In this document: positions 37,278-46,221 of the stretch, piece by piece
Layout of the letters: every line of letters starts with the position of its first letter
How positions within the stretch are numbered: the stretch's first letter is position 1
From: an uncultured Methanosarcinales archaeon
GTDB lineage: Archaea > Nanobdellota > Nanobdellia > Woesearchaeales > UBA11576
Assembly (NCBI GenBank): GCA_964406185.1
Contig: CAYOQS010000004.1
Coordinates: 72,616-136,615, forward strand
Reading direction: 5' to 3'
Length of the DNA: 64,000 nucleotides
Made by a program: the position numbers and the translations under genes
Notes under the pieces: model-generated
What the model was told of the DNA's origin: nothing
Database searches by the model: none
The model's input: the letters and a program-made list of their open reading frames with translations, nothing else

Positions 37278-38513
37278 ATGAAGGTGTTGATGTTCGGTTG
37301 GGAATTCCCGCCCTTCAAAAGTGGTGGTCTAGGGACAGCTTGTTATGATCTAACCAAAGGGCTCTCTAACCAGGGGATTGATGTCACTTTTGTCATGCCT
37401 TCTGCGCCTGACGGGGCGAATGCTGAGTTCGTGAAGCTTGTCGGGGCGAATAATTACGCGAAAAAGGTCAAAGTCCGCAGAATAAACTCTATTCTTCAGC
37501 CTTACCAGTCATTCACCTCTTATGCTGATGCTATAAGATACGCCCGCCTCAATTCCAGGTTAAAGGGCAGCAGCAAGGATATCTACGGAACTGATCTTTA
37601 CGAGGAAGTCTATCGTTACGCAGCCGCTGCCAGCGAGATCGCTGAGGATGCCGAGTATGATGTCATACATGTCCATGACTGGATGACCTACCAGGCAGGT
37701 ATCAATGCGAAGAAGATTTCAGGTAAGCCCCTGGTCGCTCACATCCATGCGACCGAGTTTGACAGGACAGGCGGCAATCCTAACCAGATGATAAGCCATC
37801 TCGAGTTTTTAGGCCTCAACGCGGCAGATATAGTCATAGCCAACTCCAATTTCACCAAAAAGAATGTAATAAGACATTATAACATAGATCCTGACAAGAT
37901 TGAGGTGGTCCACTGGGGCATCGAGCCGGAGAATCCATACTATGGGATAGACCAGAGAAGCCCGTTTAGTGATGAGAAGGTCGTGCTGTTCCTGGGCAGG
38001 ATCACCATCCAGAAAGGCCCGGACTATTTTGTTGAGGCAGCTGCGCGGATCCTCAGGTACCTGCCTAACACCAAGTTCGTGGTTGCAGGTTCTGGTGACA
38101 TGTTCGAGCGGATGATCGACCGGGCAGACGACCTGGGTATCCTCAAGAATTTCATATTTACCGGTTTCCTGAAGGGTGCGGACGTACATAAGGCTTTCCA
38201 GATGGCTGACCTTTATGTCATGCCCTCTGTATCCGAACCTTTCGGACTTGTGGCGCTTGAATCGCTCAAGAACGGCACTCCTATCCTGATATCAAAGCAG
38301 TCAGGGGTGAGTGAGGTCGTGAATCACGCCCTGAAAGTTAATTTCTGGGATGTGGATGAGATAACGAACAAGATAGTGAACGTGCTGAAATATCCTGAGC
38401 TGCATGCTGAGCTCAAGGAGAACAGTTTTAGGGAGGTGCAGGGTTTCAACCTGGACGTGCCTGCGCAGAAGACAAGAGACATTTACGCCAAGGCGTTGGC
38501 GATCAGGAGGTAA
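37278..38513 (+). CDS. GT-B glycosyltransferase (GT4/GT5, archaeal glycogen/starch-synthase-like)
   Basis: The N-terminal MKVLMFGWEFPPFKSGGLGTA is a starch-synthase-like KxGGL motif. The C-terminal SEPFGLVALESL is an E-x7-E motif. Confidence 0.75.
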   Translation: MKVLMFGWEFPPFKSGGLGTACYDLTKGLSNQGIDVTFVMPSAPDGANAEFVKLVGANNYAKKVKVRRINSILQPYQSFTSYADAIRYARLNSRLKGSSKDIYGTDLYEEVYRYAAAASEIAEDAEYDVIHVHDWMTYQAGINAKKISGKPLVAHIHATEFDRTGGNPNQMISHLEFLGLNAADIVIANSNFTKKNVIRHYNIDPDKIEVVHWGIEPENPYYGIDQRSPFSDEKVVLFLGRITIQKGPDYFVEAAARILRYLPNTKFVVAGSGDMFERMIDRADDLGILKNFIFTGFLKGADVHKAFQMADLYVMPSVSEPFGLVALESLKNGTPILISKQSGVSEVVNHALKVNFWDVDEITNKIVNVLKYPELHAELKENSFREVQGFNLDVPAQKTRDIYAKALAIRR

Positions 38514-38522
38514 TGGGGGAAA

Positions 38523-39782
38523 ATGGTAAGCGTTTGTTTTTATTTCCAGGTGCATCAGCCGATGAGGATGAGGCGTTATCCTATCTTCGATATCGGTAAG
38601 AAGGAAGATTATTTCGATGATGAGAAGAATATAGAGGTGCTGCGCAAGGTCGCGCGCAAGTGCTATCTTCCCGCAAACGATGTCATGCTGGAGCTCCTTG
38701 AAAAGCATCCCGAGTTCAGGATATCATATTCTTTGTCAGGCGTATTCATAGAGCAGTGCGAGAGGTGGGCTCCTGAAGTCCTGGAAAGTTTCAGGAAGCT
38801 TGTGGCCACCGGACGTGTAGAGCTCCTTTCTGAGACATATCATCACTCTCTCGCGTATCTCTTCTCAAAGGAGGAGTTCAGGGAGCAGGTGCAGCTTCAC
38901 CAGCAGAAGATAAAGGAGGTATTTGGCGTGGAGCCGCGTGTTTTCAGGAACACTGAACTGATATACAACAACGAGATCGCTAATTTCGTCGAAGGTATGG
39001 GTTTCAAGGGCATACTCGCAGAGGGATGGGATCCGGTCCTTGGTTGGCGAAGCTCAAATTTCGTGTACAGGCCTAAGACCACCAAGAATATCAGGCTGCT
39101 GCTGAAGAACTACCGCCTGTCCGATGACATCGCGTTCCGTTTCTCCAACAAGGGATGGGAAGGCTGGCCTCTCACCGTGGAGAAGTTCTGCGATTGGGTG
39201 AACAGCTACAACGGAAGCGGGGAGTGCATCAACCTTTTCATGGACTACGAGACCTTCGGAGAGCACCAATGGGAGGATACAGGCATCTTTGAATTCATGC
39301 GCGCTCTTCCGGGTGAGCTGCTGAAACATCATGACAATGACTTCAAGACGCCGTCCGAGCTCATAGATACATTTGACGTAAAGGATGAGATAGACTGTCA
39401 TCACATGATATCCTGGGCTGATATCGAGCGCGACCTTTCCGCATGGCTAGGCAACAGGATACAGAGGGCTTCTGCGAGCAGGATATACTCTCTGGAGAAG
39501 GACATAAAGGCCGCCGGCGATGCGAGGCTGATAGATGACTGGAGGAGACTCCTGACCTCGGACCACCTCTACTACATGTGCACAAAATGGTTCAATGACG
39601 GCGACGTGCACAAGTACTTCAGCCCTTATGACTCTCCGTACGATTCTTTCATAAATTTCATGAACGTGACGAATGACCTTGTGTTGAGGATCAAGGCTGC
39701 GAATGGAGACAGAACATCAGCGGGTGAAGGCAACACCGATGAGGTGAATGGCGATGAAGGCGAAATGGGCAAGGCATTATAA
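38523..39782 (+). CDS. Glycoside hydrolase family 57 (alpha-amylase / glucan-processing enzyme)
   Basis: CFYFQVHQPMR N-terminus, and GRVELLSETYHHSL and MDYETFGEH, which are typical of GH57. Confidence 0.85.
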   Translation: MVSVCFYFQVHQPMRMRRYPIFDIGKKEDYFDDEKNIEVLRKVARKCYLPANDVMLELLEKHPEFRISYSLSGVFIEQCERWAPEVLESFRKLVATGRVELLSETYHHSLAYLFSKEEFREQVQLHQQKIKEVFGVEPRVFRNTELIYNNEIANFVEGMGFKGILAEGWDPVLGWRSSNFVYRPKTTKNIRLLLKNYRLSDDIAFRFSNKGWEGWPLTVEKFCDWVNSYNGSGECINLFMDYETFGEHQWEDTGIFEFMRALPGELLKHHDNDFKTPSELIDTFDVKDEIDCHHMISWADIERDLSAWLGNRIQRASASRIYSLEKDIKAAGDARLIDDWRRLLTSDHLYYMCTKWFNDGDVHKYFSPYDSPYDSFINFMNVTNDLVLRIKAANGDRTSAGEGNTDEVNGDEGEMGKAL

Positions 39783-39810
39783 GATACGGGCTTCGAATGC
39801 TACTCACATC

Positions 39811-40149
39811 ATGGAGAAAAAGAGGAGGCGGGATAAGATGGCGAGGTTGAAATCAAAATCAAAAGATGTCAAGAAGGAAGAAAGGAAGCAAGAGGGGATA
39901 ACTCCTGAGAAATATTTTGTTCTCAGCGACGGCAGGCCTATAAAGAGCGTGGAGGAGCTTGCCTTGATGCTGGACAGCATAAGCGATGAGGACTATTCAA
40001 GGCACGTCAATGATGAGAAGAACGATTTTGCGTGCTGGATAAAGGATGTTTTCGGCTTTTCCGAGCTTGCTGATTCGCTGATGTCTGTGAAGAGCAGGAA
40101 GGATAGCCAGATAGTCCTGCTCAAGCATGCTGTTGGGGGAAGAAGATGA
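39811..40149 (+). CDS. Small basic protein carrying a conserved ~70-aa domain of unknown function (paralogue 1)
   Basis: Basic N-terminus (MEKKRRRDKMARLKSKSKDVKKEERK), then YFVLSDGRPIKSVEELALMLDSISDEDYSRHVNDEKNDFACWIKDVFGFSELADSL. An alternative ATG at 39838 has GGAGG at 39824-39828. Confidence 0.6.
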   Translation: MEKKRRRDKMARLKSKSKDVKKEERKQEGITPEKYFVLSDGRPIKSVEELALMLDSISDEDYSRHVNDEKNDFACWIKDVFGFSELADSLMSVKSRKDSQIVLLKHAVGGRR

Positions 40150-40171
40150 TTTTTGTGAGAGGTGATTTTTG

Positions 40172-41203
40172 ATGGTCAGGGATTACGCGTTGGCTGACGC
40201 AGAGAAGATGATGGGTGATGTCCATCCGGACAGCGTGTTCAGCCTCCGGGACGGTTCTGAGATTAAGAGCCTGAAGGAGCTGTACTCACGGCTGCAGGGC
40301 ATGGACGATAGTGTGTTCAGCCATCATGTCAATGATGAGAGGAATGACTTCAGCAACTGGGTGCGTGACGTGCACAAGGATTACAGGCTGGCGAACAGCC
40401 TCGGGTCTTCCAGGAGCAGGGAGGATGCGCTGAAGGCTGTCGGTGACAGGCTTTATGAGCTGAAGAATGTAGTATATAAGCGGAAGAGCAGGGCTGTGAG
40501 CGAGACAGAGACTGCTGCCGAGAGGCTTGAGAAGATACTCACAGAAGCGGCCCAGGCAAAAGTCAAGGAACTGCGGAAGAAGAAGCAGGATTCCGGGTCG
40601 GACCCTTCTGTCGTTGACCTCGCGACAGGGCGCAGCGTCGTCATAAAGCAGGACAAGGGAGGTGACAGGAAGATAAGGAATGTCCCTTTCAGCCTAAAGG
40701 AACGGAGCGGCAAGGGCATCGAGATCGCCCGGCCAGGGAAAAGGTCAGGGATGAAGACGGACAAGAAGATAAGCATCATGCCGGAGAAGCGGAAGGCTGA
40801 AGCTATTGATGATAAGGTTTCAGGCCCGACTGCAGAGGATCTTCTGGATAATTCAGATGATGAGGTCAGGGGCTGCATAGCAGGAGAGGCTGATGAGCTG
40901 AAGAGGCTCGCCGAAAGTACCAGCACGCCAAGGCAGGTCGTGAAGGAGGTTTCTTCCATTTTCTCGGGCTCCAGCTTCAGGGTCTTCAGGGAGGACATGA
41001 AGAGGATGTTCCATTCGCCTCCTAAGGCGGGTGATATTGATGATGATGAGGACGACAGGGAAGAGGAAGAGAGTACAGGGGGATCAGTCAAAGAACCGAC
41101 TGCCGGGGATCATGTAAGATCCGGCGCGACAGTTATCGACGGGAAGACTGATGTCGACAAGAAAGAGATAGTGATATCTCATCTGAAGAGGGTGTTCAAA
41201 TGA
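40172..41203 (+). CDS. Protein with the same ~70-aa domain (paralogue 2) plus ~250 aa of charged low-complexity sequence
   Basis: VFSLRDGSEIKSLKELYSRLQGMDDSVFSHHVNDERNDFSNWVRDVHKDYRLANSL, then alternating basic and acidic tracts (RKKKQDSGSD, DIDDDEDDREEEE). The stop overlaps the minD-like start. Confidence 0.65.
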   Translation: MVRDYALADAEKMMGDVHPDSVFSLRDGSEIKSLKELYSRLQGMDDSVFSHHVNDERNDFSNWVRDVHKDYRLANSLGSSRSREDALKAVGDRLYELKNVVYKRKSRAVSETETAAERLEKILTEAAQAKVKELRKKKQDSGSDPSVVDLATGRSVVIKQDKGGDRKIRNVPFSLKERSGKGIEIARPGKRSGMKTDKKISIMPEKRKAEAIDDKVSGPTAEDLLDNSDDEVRGCIAGEADELKRLAESTSTPRQVVKEVSSIFSGSSFRVFREDMKRMFHSPPKAGDIDDDEDDREEEESTGGSVKEPTAGDHVRSGATVIDGKTDVDKKEIVISHLKRVFK

Positions 41204-41973
41204 GCGGCGGCAAAGTTATCGGTGTAATCTCCATAAAAGGAGGTGTAGGGAAGACTACGGTAGTATCTAACCTTGGGGCTGTGCTTGCGAAGAGCTTCGG
41301 CAAGAAGGTCCTTCTTGTAGACGGAAACATAAGCGCTCCGAATCTGGGTCTCCATCTTGGTGTGCTTGAGGCTGAGAAGACGCTGCATGACGTGCTTTAC
41401 GATCAGGTGTCCGCAAAGGATGTGATACTCAGGTCTGATTACGGGTTTGATGTTCTGCCCAGCGCATTGGCCCCGAAGAAGGGGCATAAGGGGAAGGTCA
41501 ATCCTTACAAGCTGCACAACAGGCTCGCACAGGTCAAGGGCGACTATGATTTTGTCATCGTGGACTCCTCGCCCAACCTTAATGAAGAGATGCTCTCGAC
41601 CATGATAGCAGCGGATGAGCTGCTTGTAGTCACGAGCCCTGACTATCCTACGCTGAGCTGCACCATGCACGCGATAAAGGTGGCGAAGGAGCGCAAGACA
41701 CCTATTTCGGGTCTTGTGCTGAACAAGGTGCGGGGCAAAGGATTCGAGCTTTCGGTACAGGATATCGAGAACGCTACAGGGGTGCCTGTGCTTTCGGTCA
41801 TAAGCGATGATGTGAAGGTTCTGCAGGCCCTGTCCGAGACAGCTCCTGCTTCGCTTAAGTCACCCAGGAAAGGGTTTGCTGTATCTTATGGTGAACTCGC
41901 GTCCAAGCTTACCGGTGAGGAGTTCAGGGATCCGAGACTTGCTTCAAAGCTGTTCGGAATGTTCAGGAAGTGA
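41200..41973 (+). CDS. MinD/ParA-family P-loop ATPase
   Basis: Deviant Walker A ISIKGGVGKTT, Walker B FVIVDSSP, and a C-terminal amphipathic RLASKLFGMFRK. 257 aa. Confidence 0.85.
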   Translation: MSGGKVIGVISIKGGVGKTTVVSNLGAVLAKSFGKKVLLVDGNISAPNLGLHLGVLEAEKTLHDVLYDQVSAKDVILRSDYGFDVLPSALAPKKGHKGKVNPYKLHNRLAQVKGDYDFVIVDSSPNLNEEMLSTMIAADELLVVTSPDYPTLSCTMHAIKVAKERKTPISGLVLNKVRGKGFELSVQDIENATGVPVLSVISDDVKVLQALSETAPASLKSPRKGFAVSYGELASKLTGEEFRDPRLASKLFGMFRK

Positions 41974-42034
41974 AAGCGAGAAATGAAGAGAAGCTGAAAT
42001 ATTTGTTTTTCCTTGTCTTGTTTGGGGGAATTTG

Positions 42035-43864
42035 ATGGTTGATGATAAAAGAGGTGAAGAGAAGGACATAGATTTCCTGTTAGAGGTATCCTGGGAGGTC
42101 TGCAACAAGGTCGGCGGTATCTACACAGTCATAAAGAGCAAGATCCCCCAGATGAAGAGGAAGTATGGTGACAACTACTGTCTTGTAGGTCCTTACTTCC
42201 ATAAGAAGGTCAAGGGTGAGTTCGAGGAGCGTCCGCTGCCTGCACAGTATAAGGCCGGCGCTGAGAGTCTGAAAGAGCTCGGAATCGTCCCGCATTATGG
42301 TGTGTGGCTCACTGACGGTAACCCTAAGACCCTACTTCTTGATTTCCAGCCTTTTTTTGAGAAGAAGGACAGCGTAAAGAGGGAACTTTGGGATCATTTC
42401 GGTATAGACTCCCTGCACAGCAGTTTCGAGTTCGAGGAGCCCATAGTATGGGCGTGGGCGGTAGGTGTCGCTCTTGAGAGTTTTGTGAACAAGGACCGGC
42501 CGGGCGAGAGGATAGCAGCCATATTCCATGAATGGCTTTCCGGAGCGGGCATCCTTTATCTCAAGTCGCGGGATTGCAGGATCGGCACGGTATTTGTGAC
42601 TCACGCGACGGTTCTGGGAAGGTGTCTCGCTAATGCAGGGGTGGACCTGTACCATGTCGAAGACGGCAGGAAATTGATGGAGAGGATGGACTTCGATCGC
42701 GAGTCCTATGAAAGGGGTGTCAGCTCAAAGTACCAGCTGGAAAAGGCGTGCGCGCATAATGCTGATGTCTTTGCGACAGTCTCTGAGATAACCGGTATCG
42801 AGGCGGAGCGTATCCTTGGGAAGAAGCCGGATATCCTGGTGCCGAACGGGCTGGACTTCGATGAGTTCCCCACTACTGATGAGAATTCGATAAGGCATAA
42901 GATATTCAGGGACAGGATTTTCCATTTCCTTCTTTATTATTTCTTTCCTTACTATCATATCGATCTTGACAACACGCTGATATATTTCATCGCGTGCAGG
43001 TATGAGCTCAGGGACAAGGGGATCGACATCTTTGTCAGGGCGTTGAGCAGGATGAACCGGGAGCTGAAAGAGAAAGGATCTGAAAGGAATATCGTCGCGT
43101 TCTTCTGGGTGCCGTCCAACGTGAGGGGGATAAAGCCTGAGATCGTCGAGAACAGGACTCTTTTCAAGGATGTGGAGGACAGCCTCAAGGACAATGCAGA
43201 GCATGTGATGTGGCATCTGCTGAGCACTTTCGTCGCCGATCGGCCGATAGTGAAGGAGACTATCTTCGACAAGGAGTTCCTTGCTGAGATCAAGAAGAAG
43301 GTGCTAAGGTTCAAGAGGGAGGAGACATCCCCTCCTGTATGCTCGCATGATCTTGCAGACCATGATGACGGCATCATACATCTGCTGAAGGAGAATGGCC
43401 TGAACAATGACCGCGAGGATGCGGTGAAGGTGATATTCTACCCGATATACCTGACAGGTGCTGACGGGCTGCTGGACATGACATACTATGAGGCGATGCA
43501 GGGTTCTCACTTGGGTGTCTTCCCGTCTTTTTACGAGCCTTGGGGTTACACTCCGCTGGAGGCTGGCGCTCTCGGTGTCGCATCTGTCACTTCTGACCTG
43601 TCTGGTTTCGGCAAGTACGTAAGCCACAAGAGAGGGGATGAGAAGGAAGGCATCTTCGTGCTGGAGAGGATGGGAAAGCAGGATGATGAGGTGGTGGAGA
43701 ATCTTTTCATGTTCATGATGGATTACGCTATGTTGCCTAAGAAGGACAGGATAAGGAATAAGTTCGCGGCGAACAAGCTTGCATCTCTTGCTGACTGGGA
43801 CCTGCTGGTAAGGAACTATGTGGATGCCGTGAGGCATGCCTGTGAAAGGGTCTCAAGATCGTGA
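42035..43864 (+). CDS. Glycogen synthase, GT3 (eukaryote-type) family, copy 2
   Basis: SWEVCNKVGGIYTVIKSK, FHEWLSGAG, VTHATVLGR, ATVSEITGIEAERILG, CRYELRDKG and FPSFYEPWGYTPLE. The ATG at 42035 is preferred over the TTG at 42032. Confidence 0.9.
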   Translation: MVDDKRGEEKDIDFLLEVSWEVCNKVGGIYTVIKSKIPQMKRKYGDNYCLVGPYFHKKVKGEFEERPLPAQYKAGAESLKELGIVPHYGVWLTDGNPKTLLLDFQPFFEKKDSVKRELWDHFGIDSLHSSFEFEEPIVWAWAVGVALESFVNKDRPGERIAAIFHEWLSGAGILYLKSRDCRIGTVFVTHATVLGRCLANAGVDLYHVEDGRKLMERMDFDRESYERGVSSKYQLEKACAHNADVFATVSEITGIEAERILGKKPDILVPNGLDFDEFPTTDENSIRHKIFRDRIFHFLLYYFFPYYHIDLDNTLIYFIACRYELRDKGIDIFVRALSRMNRELKEKGSERNIVAFFWVPSNVRGIKPEIVENRTLFKDVEDSLKDNAEHVMWHLLSTFVADRPIVKETIFDKEFLAEIKKKVLRFKREETSPPVCSHDLADHDDGIIHLLKENGLNNDREDAVKVIFYPIYLTGADGLLDMTYYEAMQGSHLGVFPSFYEPWGYTPLEAGALGVASVTSDLSGFGKYVSHKRGDEKEGIFVLERMGKQDDEVVENLFMFMMDYAMLPKKDRIRNKFAANKLASLADWDLLVRNYVDAVRHACERVSRS

Positions 43865-43886
43865 TTTTTTTTCGGGGTTTGATAAT

Positions 43887-44861
43887 ATGGAATTGAGGAA
43901 AGGGTATGTTGTGGACCGTTGGGTCATCATCGCAGAAGGCAGGGGCAAGAGACCGCACGAGTTCAAGACTGAGGATGACATCTATGCAGATGATAAGGGT
44001 TCCGAGCATTGCTTCTTCTGCCCGGGCAATGAGGAGATGACCCCGCAGGAGATAGGGCGCGTTGATGACGGCAAAGGAGGGTGGAAGCTCAGGTGGTTCG
44101 CTAACAAGTTCGCCGCTGTGGACAGGAAGGGCGACCCGACGATCAAGACAGCTGATGATTTCTTCACATACTCTGACGCTTACGGCAGCCATGAGGTTAT
44201 TGTCGAGACGCCTGACCATTCGAAGCAGCTTATAGACTTTGATGAAGATGAGATCGTGGATATCCTTAAGGTATATGCCCGGCGGATCGATGTGCTGAGT
44301 AATCAGCCGGACATCAAGTATGTCTCTGTGTTCAAGAACGAGGGGAAGAAGGCAGGCACTTCGATAGTGCATTCTCACAGCCAGGTCATCTCCCTGAATA
44401 TTGTCCCGCCGAGGGTGCAGCACAAGATCGACGCTGTGAAGAAGTTTCCTTCCTGCCCTTACTGTGATGTAATCGACATAGAGAAGAGGGGGTTGAGACG
44501 TGTCCATGAGGATGACACCACCCTGACCTTCACACCTTATGCCTCGCGCTTCAATTTTGAGGTATGGATATTTCCGAAGAGCCATTACAGGACGCTGATG
44601 GACTTCTCTGATGATGAGCTGTTCGACCTCGCCGCCGCGATCAAGAGGGTGATGAGGAAACTGAAGGAGCTGAACGCGAATTTCAATATGGTGCTGTACT
44701 ACGCCCCGAAGGGTGATGACCTGCACTTCCATATAGAGATACTCCCGCGTATTGCGACGCAGGCCGGCTTTGAGCTGGAGACAGGAGTTATAATAAATAC
44801 TGTCAGCCCTGAGGACGCTGCGAAGTTCTACAGGGGAGAGCATGAGAGGAAAGGTGAGTGA
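43887..44861 (+). CDS. galT: GalT-family (HIT superfamily branch III) hexose-1-phosphate nucleotidyltransferase / NDP-glucose phosphorylase-like
   Basis: CFFCPGNE Zn motif, NKFAA, and the active-site VHSHSQV (HxHxQ). The start was moved to the ATG at 43887. Confidence 0.8.
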   Translation: MELRKGYVVDRWVIIAEGRGKRPHEFKTEDDIYADDKGSEHCFFCPGNEEMTPQEIGRVDDGKGGWKLRWFANKFAAVDRKGDPTIKTADDFFTYSDAYGSHEVIVETPDHSKQLIDFDEDEIVDILKVYARRIDVLSNQPDIKYVSVFKNEGKKAGTSIVHSHSQVISLNIVPPRVQHKIDAVKKFPSCPYCDVIDIEKRGLRRVHEDDTTLTFTPYASRFNFEVWIFPKSHYRTLMDFSDDELFDLAAAIKRVMRKLKELNANFNMVLYYAPKGDDLHFHIEILPRIATQAGFELETGVIINTVSPEDAAKFYRGEHERKGE

Positions 44862-44865
44862 TAAT

Positions 44866-46221
44866 ATGGCGGTTGACACAGGTGTTTTCAAGGCATATGA
44901 CATCAGAGGTATCTATCCTGACGAGGTTGATGAGGAACTGGCCTATCTTGTGGGCAAGGCTTTCGCCACCGACCTTAACTGCAGGAAGGTTGTGGTCGGC
45001 AGGGATATGCGCAAGTCTTCTGACTCCCTTTTCGGGGCGCTCTGCAGGGGACTTAATGAGATGGGAGCTGATGTGCTTGACATCGGCATGTGCACAACGC
45101 CCATGCTTAACTTCTCGGTCGCGCACTATGGGCTGGACGGAGGTATCATGATATCTGCTTCGCATAATCCTGGGAAGTACAACGCTTTCAAGCTTATCGC
45201 TCCGCCGGCCCTGCAGATGGGCAAGGGATCGGGTATGGAGGAGATCAGGGAGCTTGTGCTGAGGGATGATTTCGACCCTCCGGAAAAAAAGGGCTCTGTC
45301 GTTCAGAAGGATGTTCTGGATGACTATCTCGGTCACATCAAAGGGTTCTGCGGGAATATCAGGGATGTGAAGATAGTGGCTGACTACGGTAACGGCATGG
45401 GTGCGGTATCTGCAGGGCCTCTTCTGGAGTCTCTTCCTGTCGAAGCGGTGCATCTATATCCTGAGCCTGATGGAAGTTTCCCGAACCATGAGGCGAACCC
45501 TCATGACATTTCCAACTTCAGTGACCTGCAGGGCAAGGTTAGGGAGGAGAACGCGGATATCGGTTTATTTTTCGACGGTGATGCTGACCGTTCCGCTGTG
45601 GTGGATGAGAAAGGCGATATAGTCTTCCCTGACATCGTGCTGGGTATAATAGCTGAGCACAGGCTGGATAAGTATGATGACAAGCGTGTCTATTACGACC
45701 TCCGCTTCACAAAGGCGATAAAGGAAGTTGTCGAGGAGAAGGGAGGGACGCCGGTGATGATGAAGGTAGGCAATCCTTTCTATAAGGAGAAGCTGATCAG
45801 GGAGGGCGGCGCTTTCGGCGGTGAGCTTTCCGGTCATCTTATGTTCAGCGAGAACCATAATATCGATGACGGGCTTTTCGCTGCGGTGATGCTGCTTGAT
45901 GTTGTCTGTAGCACAGGGAAGAAGGTGTCGGAGCTTGCATCTCCGATGAGGAAGTATTTCCAGACAGAGGAGATAAACACGAAGGTCAGGGATGCGGCTG
46001 CTGTGCTTGAGGAGGCGAAGCAGGCTTTCAGCGACGGTGAGAGCCTTGATATAGATGGTGTCTATGTCAGGTATCCTGACTGGTGGTTCAGCCTGCGGAA
46101 GTCAAATACAGAGCCGCTTGTCCGGCTGCGTATAGAAGCGGATTCTGAAGAGCTTCTGGCAGAAAAAAGGAAAACGCTTACGAGCATCATAGATAAGCAT
46201 GCTATAGAAGAAGATGTATGA
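44866..46221 (+). CDS. Phosphoglucomutase/phosphomannomutase
   Basis: FKAYDIRG, the phosphoserine loop ISASHNPGKYNAFK, the Mg loop FDGDADR, and GELSGH. Confidence 0.9.
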   Translation: MAVDTGVFKAYDIRGIYPDEVDEELAYLVGKAFATDLNCRKVVVGRDMRKSSDSLFGALCRGLNEMGADVLDIGMCTTPMLNFSVAHYGLDGGIMISASHNPGKYNAFKLIAPPALQMGKGSGMEEIRELVLRDDFDPPEKKGSVVQKDVLDDYLGHIKGFCGNIRDVKIVADYGNGMGAVSAGPLLESLPVEAVHLYPEPDGSFPNHEANPHDISNFSDLQGKVREENADIGLFFDGDADRSAVVDEKGDIVFPDIVLGIIAEHRLDKYDDKRVYYDLRFTKAIKEVVEEKGGTPVMMKVGNPFYKEKLIREGGAFGGELSGHLMFSENHNIDDGLFAAVMLLDVVCSTGKKVSELASPMRKYFQTEEINTKVRDAAAVLEEAKQAFSDGESLDIDGVYVRYPDWWFSLRKSNTEPLVRLRIEADSEELLAEKRKTLTSIIDKHAIEEDV

